Positions 25,882 through 35,746 of a DNA stretch of 64,000 nucleotides are shown piece after piece. Made by a program: the position numbers and the translations under genes. Within the stretch, counting starts at the first letter, position 1. Each line of letters opens with the position of its first letter. Origin of the DNA: Chitinophagaceae bacterium (GTDB lineage Bacteria > Bacteroidota > Bacteroidia > Chitinophagales > UBA10324); the NCBI GenBank assembly GCA_947474435.1, contig CANJII010000018.1, forward strand, positions 2,165 through 66,164, in the 5' to 3' direction. The notes beneath the pieces are model-generated. The model saw only the letters and a program-made list of their open reading frames with translations. It searched no databases and had not been told where the DNA came from.

Positions 25882-27006
25882 TTAATAAGTAATTAATTGT
25901 TGTTCGGTTTCAATTGGCAGTTCTCTGAACTCATATTGCTGAGTGCGCAACTGCGGAGTAAATCCGGCGGCGCGAATACTTTCCTGAATTCCGTTTGATG
26001 TAAACCGATGCGGAGCTCCGGCCACACTCACTACATTTTCTTCAATCATTATGGAACCGAAATCATTTGCGCCTGCATGCAAGCAAAGTTGTGCTACTTC
26101 TTTTCCAACGGTTAACCAACTCGCTTGTATGTTTTTAATATTCGGCAACATGATTCTGCTCATCGCAATCATGCGGATGTATTCATCACCTGTAACATGA
26201 TTTTTTACTCCACGAACACGACTGAGCAATGTTCCTTCATCCATAAACGGCCATGGAATAAATGCTAAAAATCCCTTGGCATCAGTTGGTTTTTCTGATT
26301 GCACTTGCCGCAGCCAACTCAAATGCTCGAATCGCTCATATACAGTTTCAACATGACCGAACATCATGGTTGCCGAAGTGGTAAGATTTAATTGATGTGC
26401 GGCGCGCATTACATCTAACCACTCTTGCCCACCACATTTTCCTTTTGAAATCAAACGGCGGACTCTGTCGTTTAATATTTCGGCCCCTGCACCAGGGAGT
26501 GAATCCAATCCTGCGGCAATTAAAGCTTTTAGCACTTCAGTGTGAGTGCTTCCTTCTAATTTTGTAATGTGTGCAATTTCGGGCGGACCGAGCGAATGCA
26601 ATTTCAAATTCGGATAAAGCGATTTCAGTTGTTTGAATAAATCAACATAAAAACTCAAACCCAAATCAGGATGATGACCACCTTGTAATAACAACTGCTC
26701 TCCACCTAACCGAAAAGTTTCATCAATCTTTTGCTTGTATTGTTCAATGGTGGTGATGTAAGATTCCTCATGACCTGGCCTGCGATAGAAATTACAGAAC
26801 TTGCAATTGGCAATGCACACATTGGTTGTGTTCACATTGCGGTCAATAATCCAGGTGACTATTTTTTCAGGTTTCTGTTTGAAGCGCAATTCATTTCCGA
26901 TAAATATTAATTCGGAAGTCGGTGCATTTTCAAAAAGAAAAATTCCTTCTTCAATTGAGAGCCAATTGAAGTTGAGAGCTTTTTTATATAAATCTTTTAA
27001 TTGCAT
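25882..27006 (-). CDS. Radical SAM enzyme of the futalosine-pathway MqnC/MqnE (CofH-like) family
   Basis: CIANCKFCNFY is a CxxxCxxC cluster. About 374 aa with GGEQLLLQGGHHPD, GPPEI, LPGAGAEIL and ATMMFGH, as in CofH/MqnC/MqnE. I cannot separate MqnC from MqnE by eye. Start is the ATG at 27006. Confidence 0.75.
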   Translation of the reverse strand: MQLKDLYKKALNFNWLSIEEGIFLFENAPTSELIFIGNELRFKQKPEKIVTWIIDRNVNTTNVCIANCKFCNFYRRPGHEESYITTIEQYKQKIDETFRLGGEQLLLQGGHHPDLGLSFYVDLFKQLKSLYPNLKLHSLGPPEIAHITKLEGSTHTEVLKALIAAGLDSLPGAGAEILNDRVRRLISKGKCGGQEWLDVMRAAHQLNLTTSATMMFGHVETVYERFEHLSWLRQVQSEKPTDAKGFLAFIPWPFMDEGTLLSRVRGVKNHVTGDEYIRMIAMSRIMLPNIKNIQASWLTVGKEVAQLCLHAGANDFGSIMIEENVVSVAGAPHRFTSNGIQESIRAAGFTPQLRTQQYEFRELPIETEQQLITY

Positions 27007-27012
27007 CGGGAG

Positions 27013-27020
27013 CAAAAATA
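27013..27020 (-). promoter_or_regulatory. Canonical -7 box (TATTTTTG), 6 nt before the mqn-family ATG
   Basis: The minus strand reads tatttttg, then ctcccg, then the ATG at 27006. Confidence 0.4.
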
Positions 27021-27067
27021 GCGGTTAGCTTTTAGCAATCCACTGATAGCTTTTATTATTTAAAAAT

Positions 27068-27126
27068 ACCTCTGCGACTCTGCCTCTCCCGACAAATACA
27101 TCGGGATGTTTCATCTGCGGTAAATT
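27068..27126. repeat. REP-like intergenic hairpin element, copy 3
   Basis: cctctgcgactctgcctctcccgacaaatacatcgggatgtttcatctgcggtaaa, with hairpin tcccga/tcggga. It shares blocks with copies 1 and 2. Confidence 0.3.
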
Positions 27127-27227
27127 GCCTTTGTATTTCATCATCAAATTATCAAATGCGAAGCATTCATGAGTTCAACTAAAAACTAAAATGATTCACG
27201 AACTAAATTATCATATCATCAAATTAG

Positions 27228-27235
27228 TATTTTCG
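27228..27235 (+). promoter_or_regulatory. Candidate -7 box (TATTTTCG), 5 nt before the M16 peptidase ATG
   Basis: tattttcg at 27228-27235 and ATG at 27241. Confidence 0.35.
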
Positions 27236-27240
27236 CCGCA

Positions 27241-28476
27241 ATGATTCACTACGAAAAATTTACTCTTGATAATGGAATGCGGGTGCTCGTTCACCGCGAT
27301 ACAACCACGCTACTTGCTGCTTTTAATTTGTTATACAATGTTGGCGCGCGTGATGAGACTGAAGATAAAACCGGTTTCGCTCATTTGTTTGAACACCTAA
27401 TGTTTGGTGGATCTAAAAACATTCCGTCGTTTGATGAGCCGCTGCAACGCGCAGGTGGCGAGAACAATGCCTTTACCAGTAACGACATCACCAATTATTA
27501 CGAAACACTTCCGGCACATAATCTTGAAACTGCCTTTTGGTTAGAGAGTGACCGAATGCTGGAATTGGATTTTGAAGGTCGCGCTTTGGAAGTGCAACGC
27601 AAAGTAGTGAGTGAAGAATTCAAGGAGCACTACATTAACCAACCATATGGTGATGTGTGGCACAAATTGCGAACGCTTGCATACACCACACATACTTACA
27701 GGTGGCCGACAATAGGAAAAGAACTTTCACACATTGAGAATGCCACCATTGATGATGTAAAAAATTTCTTCTTCAAAAATTATCGTCCGAACAATGCCAT
27801 ATTGGTTGTTGCAGGAAATGTGGAAGTGAGTGAAGTAAAACGATTGGCAGAAAAATATTTCGGAAGCATTCCTTCCAACCCAACAATTGAAAAAAACATT
27901 CCCGCCGAACCAAAACAAACTGAAGCACGGAAACTGGAAGTAAGAGCTGATGTTCCGTTGGATGCATTGTATAAAGTTTATCACATGCCGGGAAGATTAG
28001 ATAAAAGATATTATCCGGTTGATTTGCTGAGCGATATTTTATCAGCAGGGAAATCATCGCGCTTGTATCAAAGTCTGGTGAAAGAAAAAAAATTATTCAG
28101 TGAAGTAAGTGCTTACATCACCGGAAGCATTGACCCCGGATTATTTGTGTTTGAAGGAAAATTAGTGAAAGGTGTGAAGATGGAAGATGCTGAAGCCGCC
28201 ATGCAGGATGAAATAAATTACCTGAAAGAAAAAGGGGTGGATGCAACTGAATTGGAAAAAGTAAAAAACAGAGTGGAATCGCAAATTGAATTTGCTGAAA
28301 TGGAAGTGTTGCACAAAGCAATGAGTCTGGCTTATGCTGAATTGTTAGGAGATGCAGATTTGGTTAACAGTGAAAAAGAGTTGTACCGGAAAGTAACTGC
28401 AGCCGAAATTCAAACCGAAGCGAAAAACATTTTACAAAAAGAAAACTGTTCCACCCTTTACTACTACGCCAATTAA
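27241..28476 (+). CDS. M16 family (pitrilysin/insulinase-like) zinc peptidase
   Basis: 411 aa. Inverted zinc motif HLFEH within GFAHLFEHLMFGGS, plus a downstream E in GGENNAFTS. Confidence 0.9.
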   Translation: MIHYEKFTLDNGMRVLVHRDTTTLLAAFNLLYNVGARDETEDKTGFAHLFEHLMFGGSKNIPSFDEPLQRAGGENNAFTSNDITNYYETLPAHNLETAFWLESDRMLELDFEGRALEVQRKVVSEEFKEHYINQPYGDVWHKLRTLAYTTHTYRWPTIGKELSHIENATIDDVKNFFFKNYRPNNAILVVAGNVEVSEVKRLAEKYFGSIPSNPTIEKNIPAEPKQTEARKLEVRADVPLDALYKVYHMPGRLDKRYYPVDLLSDILSAGKSSRLYQSLVKEKKLFSEVSAYITGSIDPGLFVFEGKLVKGVKMEDAEAAMQDEINYLKEKGVDATELEKVKNRVESQIEFAEMEVLHKAMSLAYAELLGDADLVNSEKELYRKVTAAEIQTEAKNILQKENCSTLYYYAN

Positions 28477-28533
28477 AAAGATATTATTTGTTTCAAAGCA
28501 TCGTTTACATTTGAATCATTACAACTTTCTACA

Positions 28534-30309
28534 ATGAAAAAAATCAGTTTAATATTTCTGCTCATTGCAATTGCACAATTTTCTATTGCGCAACAATCAG
28601 TTCATGTAATGACTCCATCTGAAACCAATGCAATTCCGAAAATTTTACAGAACAATTTATTTTCACAATTCACCACACCACCAACTGTTGCGGTAAGAAC
28701 ACCAGGCCAGTTTGAAGAAATGCAGGGCGTTTTTATTTGTTGGGAAACATATACTCAGGGTGCAAACGGTCAGCTTCCGATACTTGCTCAAATTGTAGAT
28801 TATGCACAGGAAGTCGGCATCGTATATATTGCTACTGCTGATTCAGTTTCAACCAGAAATTATTTAACAAGTCAGGGTGTACCGCTCACCAACATTCATT
28901 GTTATGAAGCAAGTACCGATTACATATGGGCGCGCGATTACGGGCCAAATACAATTTATGAAAATGAAGTAAGCAATCTTTCTTTAGTAGACTGGAAATA
29001 CAATCGGATGAACCGGCCAAACGACGATGCACAACCTTTAAACCTTGCAATGGAAATGAACATTCCGGTTTACAGGACTACAGTATCGCCAAACAAAATT
29101 GTACATACCGGTGGCAACTGGATGGCTGATGGGCATGGTACCGCTTTCTCATCTAAATTAGTGTTGGATGAAAACGGAAACGGTGGAGGATGGGGAATGA
29201 ATCTTACTGAAGCCGATGTTGATTCCATTGAAAAACATTTCATGGGAATTACCCGCTATATAAAAATGGAAACATTACCCTACGATGGCATTCATCACAT
29301 TGACATGCACATGAAATTGCTGAATGAAGAAACTTTATTGATGGGCGAGTATCCAACCGGCGTAGCTGACGGACCCCAGATAGAAACGAATTTGAATTAT
29401 GTGACTACAAATTTTTTAAATTGTTACGGCCGACCATACAATGTGATTCGTATTCCGCAACCGCCGCAAACCAATGGCGACTATCCCGGAAATGCCTGGG
29501 GCAATGGTGATTACCTTACCTACACCAATGCACTCATTTTAAACAACATAGTTTTAGTTCCTGGTTATTATACCGAATATGATACAACAGCTTTAAGGAT
29601 ATGGAAAGAAAGCATGCCCGGATACAATGTGCACATGATTAATTGCAACAACATTATTGGTTACAGTGGCGCGTTACATTGCATCACACATGAAATTGGC
29701 GTGGCTGATCCGATATTTATTTCGCATGCGCACTTGTTCGATACTTATGAAACAGTAAATCCGTACGAAGTAAAGGCATATATCAAAACCACAAGCGGAG
29801 TGAACACTGCAAAAGTTTACTGGAGCATTGACACTGCTCTTGGTTACAGCATACTCAACATGTCACCAGCAGTTAACGATACTTTTGTGGCAAACATTCC
29901 TGCTCAAATTGCAGGCACAAAAATCTGGTACTACATCGAGGCTACCAGTATTAGTGGCCGAACGGTTGCAAAACCGTTGGTTGCACCAGCGGGTGTTTTT
30001 GAATTTAAAGTATTGGGAACTTTAAATGGTATTGCAGCAATTGAAAACGAAATTAATTTTTTTGAACCCTATCCGAATCCGGCAAATGAATATGTGACAC
30101 TTGGCTATTATTTGCCAACAAATGAAAATGTGAGCATTCAATTGTTTGACCTTAACGGACGGGAAATTTTTACAACCAATGAAACGAATATTTCTGCCGG
30201 AACTCATACACTTCAACTTTCAACTTCTGCATTATCAGCAGGATTTTATTCTTTAACATTTAAAAGCAGCAATAAAATTATTGTTCGGAAATTAGTGGTT
30301 GTGAAATAA
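28534..30309 (+). CDS. Secreted agmatine deiminase/PAD_porph-family guanidino-modifying enzyme with a type-A T9SS CTD
   Basis: Signal peptide QFSIA|QQSV. IWARDYGPNTIY, GGNWMADGHGTAFSS, IHHIDMHMKL and the catalytic-Cys motif GALHCITHEIG. The C-terminus YPNPANEYVTLGYYLP...SAGFYSLTFKSSNKIIVRKLVV is a CTD. Confidence 0.85.
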   Translation: MKKISLIFLLIAIAQFSIAQQSVHVMTPSETNAIPKILQNNLFSQFTTPPTVAVRTPGQFEEMQGVFICWETYTQGANGQLPILAQIVDYAQEVGIVYIATADSVSTRNYLTSQGVPLTNIHCYEASTDYIWARDYGPNTIYENEVSNLSLVDWKYNRMNRPNDDAQPLNLAMEMNIPVYRTTVSPNKIVHTGGNWMADGHGTAFSSKLVLDENGNGGGWGMNLTEADVDSIEKHFMGITRYIKMETLPYDGIHHIDMHMKLLNEETLLMGEYPTGVADGPQIETNLNYVTTNFLNCYGRPYNVIRIPQPPQTNGDYPGNAWGNGDYLTYTNALILNNIVLVPGYYTEYDTTALRIWKESMPGYNVHMINCNNIIGYSGALHCITHEIGVADPIFISHAHLFDTYETVNPYEVKAYIKTTSGVNTAKVYWSIDTALGYSILNMSPAVNDTFVANIPAQIAGTKIWYYIEATSISGRTVAKPLVAPAGVFEFKVLGTLNGIAAIENEINFFEPYPNPANEYVTLGYYLPTNENVSIQLFDLNGREIFTTNETNISAGTHTLQLSTSALSAGFYSLTFKSSNKIIVRKLVVVK

Positions 30310-30335
30310 AAAAATCAGTCGGTTTGTTACAAAAT

Positions 30336-30373
30336 GAAAAGCCCTCTGAAGTTTCGGAGGGCTTTTCATTTTT
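30336..30373 (+). terminator. Rho-independent terminator
   Basis: 11-bp stem gaaaagccctc / gagggcttttc (30336-30346 and 30357-30367), followed by a T5 run. Confidence 0.8.
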
Positions 30374-30407
30374 CAAATGGGTTCAAAAAAAATCCATCAA
30401 TAAAAAA

Positions 30408-30704
30408 TTACAATTTCATTGATTTATTTTTTCTTCTGAAAAATATTTTATCAATCAATAAAATTATAAGAACCGAAAAAATAAAATTTGAAAGAACTAC
30501 TGCCCACGGAGTTTCATAAACCGGAATTCCAAGATTCAGATAATACGAAAGGCCCGATACAATAGCTGTTGGTGTTCCAATTATAGCTGTGGCCGCTCGT
30601 ATTGATTTTGGAAAAGATTCATGCACATAATAAAATATAGTCAGTGTGGTTGTAAGTAAAACAACCGCTGAAATAATTTTAAATTTTCCTTTTGAAATTT
30701 TCAT
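30408..30704 (-). CDS. Small membrane protein (about 3 TM helices), unknown function
   Basis: 98 aa and hydrophobic. It lies directly downstream of the 1620-aa gene. It is not PorP/SprF-like (too short, helical). Confidence 0.45.
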   Translation of the reverse strand: MKISKGKFKIISAVVLLTTTLTIFYYVHESFPKSIRAATAIIGTPTAIVSGLSYYLNLGIPVYETPWAVVLSNFIFSVLIILLIDKIFFRRKNKSMKL

Positions 30705-30760
30705 TTTCCAGCCTTGGCAATAATTCTTAGAACAGCCTTAGAAAAAAAAAGTAAAATAAA

Positions 30761-33700
30761 TTACCTGAGCAGTGTTACATCACCTTTCAATATATATTTT
30801 TTGCCGCTCAGCATTTCAACTTCAGCAACATAAACAAACACATTGGTTGTTTCCTGCATACCAAGAAATGTTCCGTCCCAGCCTGTTGCATAATCTTTTG
30901 TTTGAAAAACCATTTCGCCTATGCGGTCATACACCCGGAAGTCGAGTGATGAAATTCCGACACCATAAATTTTTAAAACATCATTTGCTCCATCATTATT
31001 GGGAGTGAACGCTGATGGAATCCAAGGCTTGGGTTCGCCCTCAATAACAATGAGCGGACTTTGCGCAGTATCACTGCAACCATTCGAAGCAGTTGCAGTC
31101 AGCATCACATAATATTCTCCCATCTCAGTAAAACTATGTGTGGTGTTGAATGAAGTATCAGAAGTATGATCTCCAAAATTCCAATTGTAAGTAGTTGCTC
31201 CGTTTGAAATATTTATGAAGTTGAAAAGATTATCGCTGTACATCATGTTTCCAGGAGCAGGCGGATCCATGGAAAAATTTGCAATAGGACCGGGCAATGA
31301 TGTAATTGCTGAAAGCTGAGTTGTTGAATCGCTGCATCCGCTTGCATTAGCCGTAATCATCATCACATCATAAGTTCCGGCAGCATAATAATGTTGTGTT
31401 GAATTTCCTGCACCATTGGTTCCATCACCAAAATGCCAGATGGCAGATACTCCGTTAGCACTTGTGTTTTGAAATAATACTTTCAGCGGTTCACAGCCGG
31501 TTGATGGCATTACAGTAAATGAAGCTATTGGTGTTGCATCAAATGTGAGTGTTGCTGTTGCTGTTGCAGCACAACCATTCACATCTGTTCCTGTAACTGT
31601 ATAAATAGTAGTTGAAGATAATGTTGCGGTCACATTTGTACCATTGTTTGTATTTAATCCCGCTGAAGGAGACCATGAATAAGCCGTTGCACCATTCGCA
31701 GTAATTGCAACAGATTCACCCGTACAAAACGAAATTACGGCTGGATTGACTGCAACAACCGGAAGAGGAAAAACAATTACAACGGCAGTGGAAGTATTCG
31801 TACAACCATTCACATCAACTCCCAAAACAGTATAAGTTGTTGTAGTTACCGGCGATGCTGTTGGATTTGAAATAATATTTGAACTCAATCCGGAATTTGG
31901 CAACCAAGAATAATTTGAAGCACCCGATGCAGATATATTTCCTGATTGTCCGGCGCAAATACTTGTTCCGGTTGCATTCACTAATGGTAATGCATTTACA
32001 GTAATTACAATGGATGCTGTTCCGCTACAGCCTGTATTATCAATTCCGGTTACTGAGTAGGTTATTGTTGAAACCGGTTGTGCGGTTACACTTGCATTAG
32101 TTGAATTATTCAAACTCGTTGAAGGCGACCATGTATAAGTTAATCCGCCATTAGCAGTTATAACAATTGAAGCTCCTATACAGATTGAATTAGCCGCTGC
32201 GGCAACATTAATTGAAGCAGCAGAGGTAACTGATGTTTGTTGTGTTGAAGTATTACTGCATCCATTGGCATCAGTATAACTGTAGGTGATAGTGTATGGC
32301 CCTCCTGCACCTGCAACCGATGGATCATAAGTGTTTCCAAAAATTCCGGTTCCCGAAAAAATTCCTCCTGCAGGATTTCCAACTAAATTATTTACAGGTG
32401 AAGAAAAACAATTCAAAACATTCAATCCACTGAACGAAACTACCGGAAGTGTATTCACAGTAACAACAACCTGTGCAGTGCTGCTGCAGTTTTGTATTGA
32501 AGTTCCATTTACAGTATAAGTAATTGTTGCTGCTGGCGAAGCAACCGGATTGGGAATAGAATTATTTGTTAATGAAGCTGCAGGATTCCATGAATAAGTG
32601 CTTGCACCACTTGCAGTAAGTTGTACATTTCCTCCGGTGCAAATGGTAGGCGCAGCAGGAATAATATTTATTACAGGAACAGGATTTACAGTTACTATGG
32701 TTGATGCAGTTGATGAACATCCATTTGCAGCTGTTCCTGTTACTGAATAGGTAGTTGTTGAAACTGGTGATGCAGTAACACTTGCATTGGTCGAATTATT
32801 TAATCCTGTTGCGGGCAACCACGAGTAAGTGCTTGCGCCGCTTACAGTAATATTAACAGAACCGCCGGCGCAAATTGCAGAATTAACCGGAAGAATATTT
32901 ATGGTTGGAAGTGGTAGCACAGTCACCACAGCAGTTGCCTGATCAGAACAACCAACACCCGAAGTTCCAACTACTGTGTAGGTAGTGGTTACAAGTGGAG
33001 AAGCAGTTACGGTTGTTCCGGTTGAATTAGATAATGAAGAAGCGGGTGACCAGGTATAACTCACTGCACCATTAACATTCAGCACCACATTTTGTCCCAA
33101 ACAAACCGAAGCTGGTGATGGATTAATTGCAACAACAGGAAATGGATTTACCGTGACAACAACCGTATTTGTATTGCTGCATCCGTTTGCGGTTGTTCCA
33201 ACTACAGTGTAGGTAGTGGTTGCATTTGGTGATGCCGTTACAGCAGCAGTATTTGTTCCACTCAATCCAAGAGCAGGCGACCATGTATAATTTGTTGCAC
33301 CGCTTGCTGTCAATAAAATATTTTGTCCGGTACAAATTGCAGCAGGATTTGGATTGATTGAAACGGTTGCACCCAAAGTTACTGTGACATTGATAGAAGT
33401 AAGTGTGGAAACACATGTCCCTTGTGTAACCTGTAGTGTAACAGTTTGAACTCCTGTTGTGCTCCATGTAACCTGGTAAGGACCACTTCCTGTTCCTGAT
33501 ATTACTGTTCCGGTTCCGAAATTCCAATTGAAAACTGCTCCTGCACATGATGTACCGTTGTAAGTAATGGTTGCGGTTTGTCCGGTACACACAGGATTCG
33601 GATTAACAGTAAAACCTGAAGTTGGAACAGGAACAACAGTAACCTGCGCTGTAGATGTTGCACCAACACAACCCACCGCAGTGGGTGTAATGGTATAAGT

Positions 33701-35623
33701 CACATTTACTGAAGGGCAAATAGCATTAACAGGTGTTGCTGATATATTTCCATTACCTGATGTTCCGTTTGATCCGTTCCACGAATAAGTTGTTCCGGCA
33801 ACACATGATGTGAGTGCAATATTCATTGGTGTATTTGAACAAACGGTTTGTGATGCAGGAGTTGCAATTGCATCGGGCACTGGTTTTACTGTTACTGTTT
33901 TTGCAGTTAAACCAGACACCACCGTTCCGCAAGCATCAGTAATTACAGGTGGTGGAACATTCAATATATTTGTTGCACCACATGTAGTTGGGCACCCGGG
34001 AATAACCAGATTAATATTTCCGCTACCGCTGCTTGTACATGGATTACCACCGGCATTATAACTGCCGAAATTAACAGAGCCGGCAGCCCAGGGATGAGTC
34101 ATAGTATAAGGAGCAACTCCTGAATTAGCCGTTGCACTGATTGTTAAATTACAACTGTTTGCACACAGCGTAGTTGGGTTAACCGACCACAATGCATTGG
34201 ATGATTCTAATGTTTTTCCAACTACATGTGCGCTGAATGGAGCAATAGTTACAGGGTTATAATAAATATAAGTTGAGTTGCAACCGCTGCCACCAAAATC
34301 GCGAAGAAGGTGTAAGACCAAAGCAATGTTTTGCGCAGCACACGAAGGAACAAAACAACAGGAGAGTGTTTGCTTCATATCCTGATTAATCAGAGTGGCG
34401 GTACCCGATGCATTTCCCGCTGGTGGTGCCACCGTCCAATAAAAAGCAGGATTTGCGGGGTCTCTTCCGCAGGTGGTTGTAAAATACATGTAGCCATCCG
34501 ACATCCAACTTCCGTTTGCCGGATTCGCATAATAACTTGCTGTAACAAAAAAGTTTGTAATGGTAATGCTTGCTGGAATTGTAACATTTAATGTTGATGA
34601 AGAAGAGGCCGGAAACCAGCAGGAAGAAATTATTCCACCTGCCCAGGTGGCGGTTGGTCCTGTTACAATCGGATCAATCGTAATTGGAAAAACCCGTTGC
34701 GGATCTTTTAACCAATCAGCCGGAACAATAATTTCCAACTGGTATTTTCCATTTTCTTTTTCAATCAAACGATAAGTTCCAACCAGAAATGAATTAGCTT
34801 GTTGTGAAGCATCTATGTTTGAATCATAAAAAACCGGAGTTCTGAATCTTGCTTTTTCTTTTTGTTCTGTATCATACACCACCAATTCACCCATCCAGTT
34901 TCCACCCTCTTCTTCTCCTTTCAAAAAATCTTTTTTTATAGTGAATCCTTCGGGCAAATTAATTTCTTCCGATATAATTAAATCTGCATTTCCAACAACA
35001 GTATTTGCATTTTGAATAATGTAATCCGATTCAATTTCGTTTTTACGGAAAACAATTTTTTTATCAATGCCCGGAAATGCGGAATGAATGTACATTCCAT
35101 TATCACCAACCGAATAATCGTTCAAAGAAATTGTTGCGCCATTTATTTTTGAATGGAGATTGAAATTTAATTTCGAATCATCACTCAACGAAATGGCTGT
35201 GCTTCCATCCGGAAAAAGAAAAGTTGGATTCAACTGGTGTTCAGCAGACCAACCTGATTGCGATTGACTTAATCGCGGATCAATGGCTTTCCACCAACCA
35301 TCATTAAAATAATTTATTTCATCAGCGGCATAATCATATATGGAATCGCCAGTGGAAGAAATGTAGGTTCGGGTAGTGGCCGTTCGCCGCTGAATTAATT
35401 CAAACCAGTTTATACTATCATTAAAACAAATTCCGAAATCAGGATTTGATTGATAAAATCCGGGAGTGATTTGTTTGAGAATATCACCTCGTTCATAATA
35501 CTTTAAGTTGTGAAATTGCGTGAGATTATATTCAGCTACATTCAGATTATTTTGCGCCGACAATAAATAAATATTGCAGAACAAAAAAATTACAGCGAAT
35601 AAAAATCTTTTAGTAAACCGCAT
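30761..35623 (-). CDS. Giant surface protein (1620 aa) with a type-B T9SS sorting domain (gliding-motility-associated CTD)
   Basis: Signal peptide YLLSA|QNN. The N-terminal domain ends FPITIDPIVTG and is followed by a Cys-rich region. There are seven ~77-aa units carrying Y[ST]W.P...TASP..TTTY.V.G....GC, then PKD units (W.FGDG). The C-terminus KPWIPSAFTPNNDGANDVLKIYG...KYILKGDVTLLR is a CHU_C/type-B CTD. Confidence 0.85.
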   Translation of the reverse strand: MRFTKRFLFAVIFLFCNIYLLSAQNNLNVAEYNLTQFHNLKYYERGDILKQITPGFYQSNPDFGICFNDSINWFELIQRRTATTRTYISSTGDSIYDYAADEINYFNDGWWKAIDPRLSQSQSGWSAEHQLNPTFLFPDGSTAISLSDDSKLNFNLHSKINGATISLNDYSVGDNGMYIHSAFPGIDKKIVFRKNEIESDYIIQNANTVVGNADLIISEEINLPEGFTIKKDFLKGEEEGGNWMGELVVYDTEQKEKARFRTPVFYDSNIDASQQANSFLVGTYRLIEKENGKYQLEIIVPADWLKDPQRVFPITIDPIVTGPTATWAGGIISSCWFPASSSSTLNVTIPASITITNFFVTASYYANPANGSWMSDGYMYFTTTCGRDPANPAFYWTVAPPAGNASGTATLINQDMKQTLSCCFVPSCAAQNIALVLHLLRDFGGSGCNSTYIYYNPVTIAPFSAHVVGKTLESSNALWSVNPTTLCANSCNLTISATANSGVAPYTMTHPWAAGSVNFGSYNAGGNPCTSSGSGNINLVIPGCPTTCGATNILNVPPPVITDACGTVVSGLTAKTVTVKPVPDAIATPASQTVCSNTPMNIALTSCVAGTTYSWNGSNGTSGNGNISATPVNAICPSVNVTYTITPTAVGCVGATSTAQVTVVPVPTSGFTVNPNPVCTGQTATITYNGTSCAGAVFNWNFGTGTVISGTGSGPYQVTWSTTGVQTVTLQVTQGTCVSTLTSINVTVTLGATVSINPNPAAICTGQNILLTASGATNYTWSPALGLSGTNTAAVTASPNATTTYTVVGTTANGCSNTNTVVVTVNPFPVVAINPSPASVCLGQNVVLNVNGAVSYTWSPASSLSNSTGTTVTASPLVTTTYTVVGTSGVGCSDQATAVVTVLPLPTINILPVNSAICAGGSVNITVSGASTYSWLPATGLNNSTNASVTASPVSTTTYSVTGTAANGCSSTASTIVTVNPVPVINIIPAAPTICTGGNVQLTASGASTYSWNPAASLTNNSIPNPVASPAATITYTVNGTSIQNCSSTAQVVVTVNTLPVVSFSGLNVLNCFSSPVNNLVGNPAGGIFSGTGIFGNTYDPSVAGAGGPYTITYSYTDANGCSNTSTQQTSVTSAASINVAAAANSICIGASIVITANGGLTYTWSPSTSLNNSTNASVTAQPVSTITYSVTGIDNTGCSGTASIVITVNALPLVNATGTSICAGQSGNISASGASNYSWLPNSGLSSNIISNPTASPVTTTTYTVLGVDVNGCTNTSTAVVIVFPLPVVAVNPAVISFCTGESVAITANGATAYSWSPSAGLNTNNGTNVTATLSSTTIYTVTGTDVNGCAATATATLTFDATPIASFTVMPSTGCEPLKVLFQNTSANGVSAIWHFGDGTNGAGNSTQHYYAAGTYDVMMITANASGCSDSTTQLSAITSLPGPIANFSMDPPAPGNMMYSDNLFNFINISNGATTYNWNFGDHTSDTSFNTTHSFTEMGEYYVMLTATASNGCSDTAQSPLIVIEGEPKPWIPSAFTPNNDGANDVLKIYGVGISSLDFRVYDRIGEMVFQTKDYATGWDGTFLGMQETTNVFVYVAEVEMLSGKKYILKGDVTLLR

Positions 35624-35746
35624 CTCAATTATAGTGGTGGAAAGATAGCATTACCTTTTAGTAACAGAAATTCGATTGATAAAATCACTTACTCATTCAA
35701 CTACAAAATTACAGGTGTCAGATATTAATAATTGATACAAAAAAAC

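Noticed and set aside
27191-27244. 17-codon upstream ORF whose first 9 nt (atgattcac) are identical to the start of the M16 peptidase gene and whose TGA overlaps that ATG
   Set aside because: The likely -7 box (27228-27235) lies inside it. The transcript therefore probably begins downstream of the uORF start. It is more likely a small duplication remnant than a regulatory leader peptide, though I could not test this.
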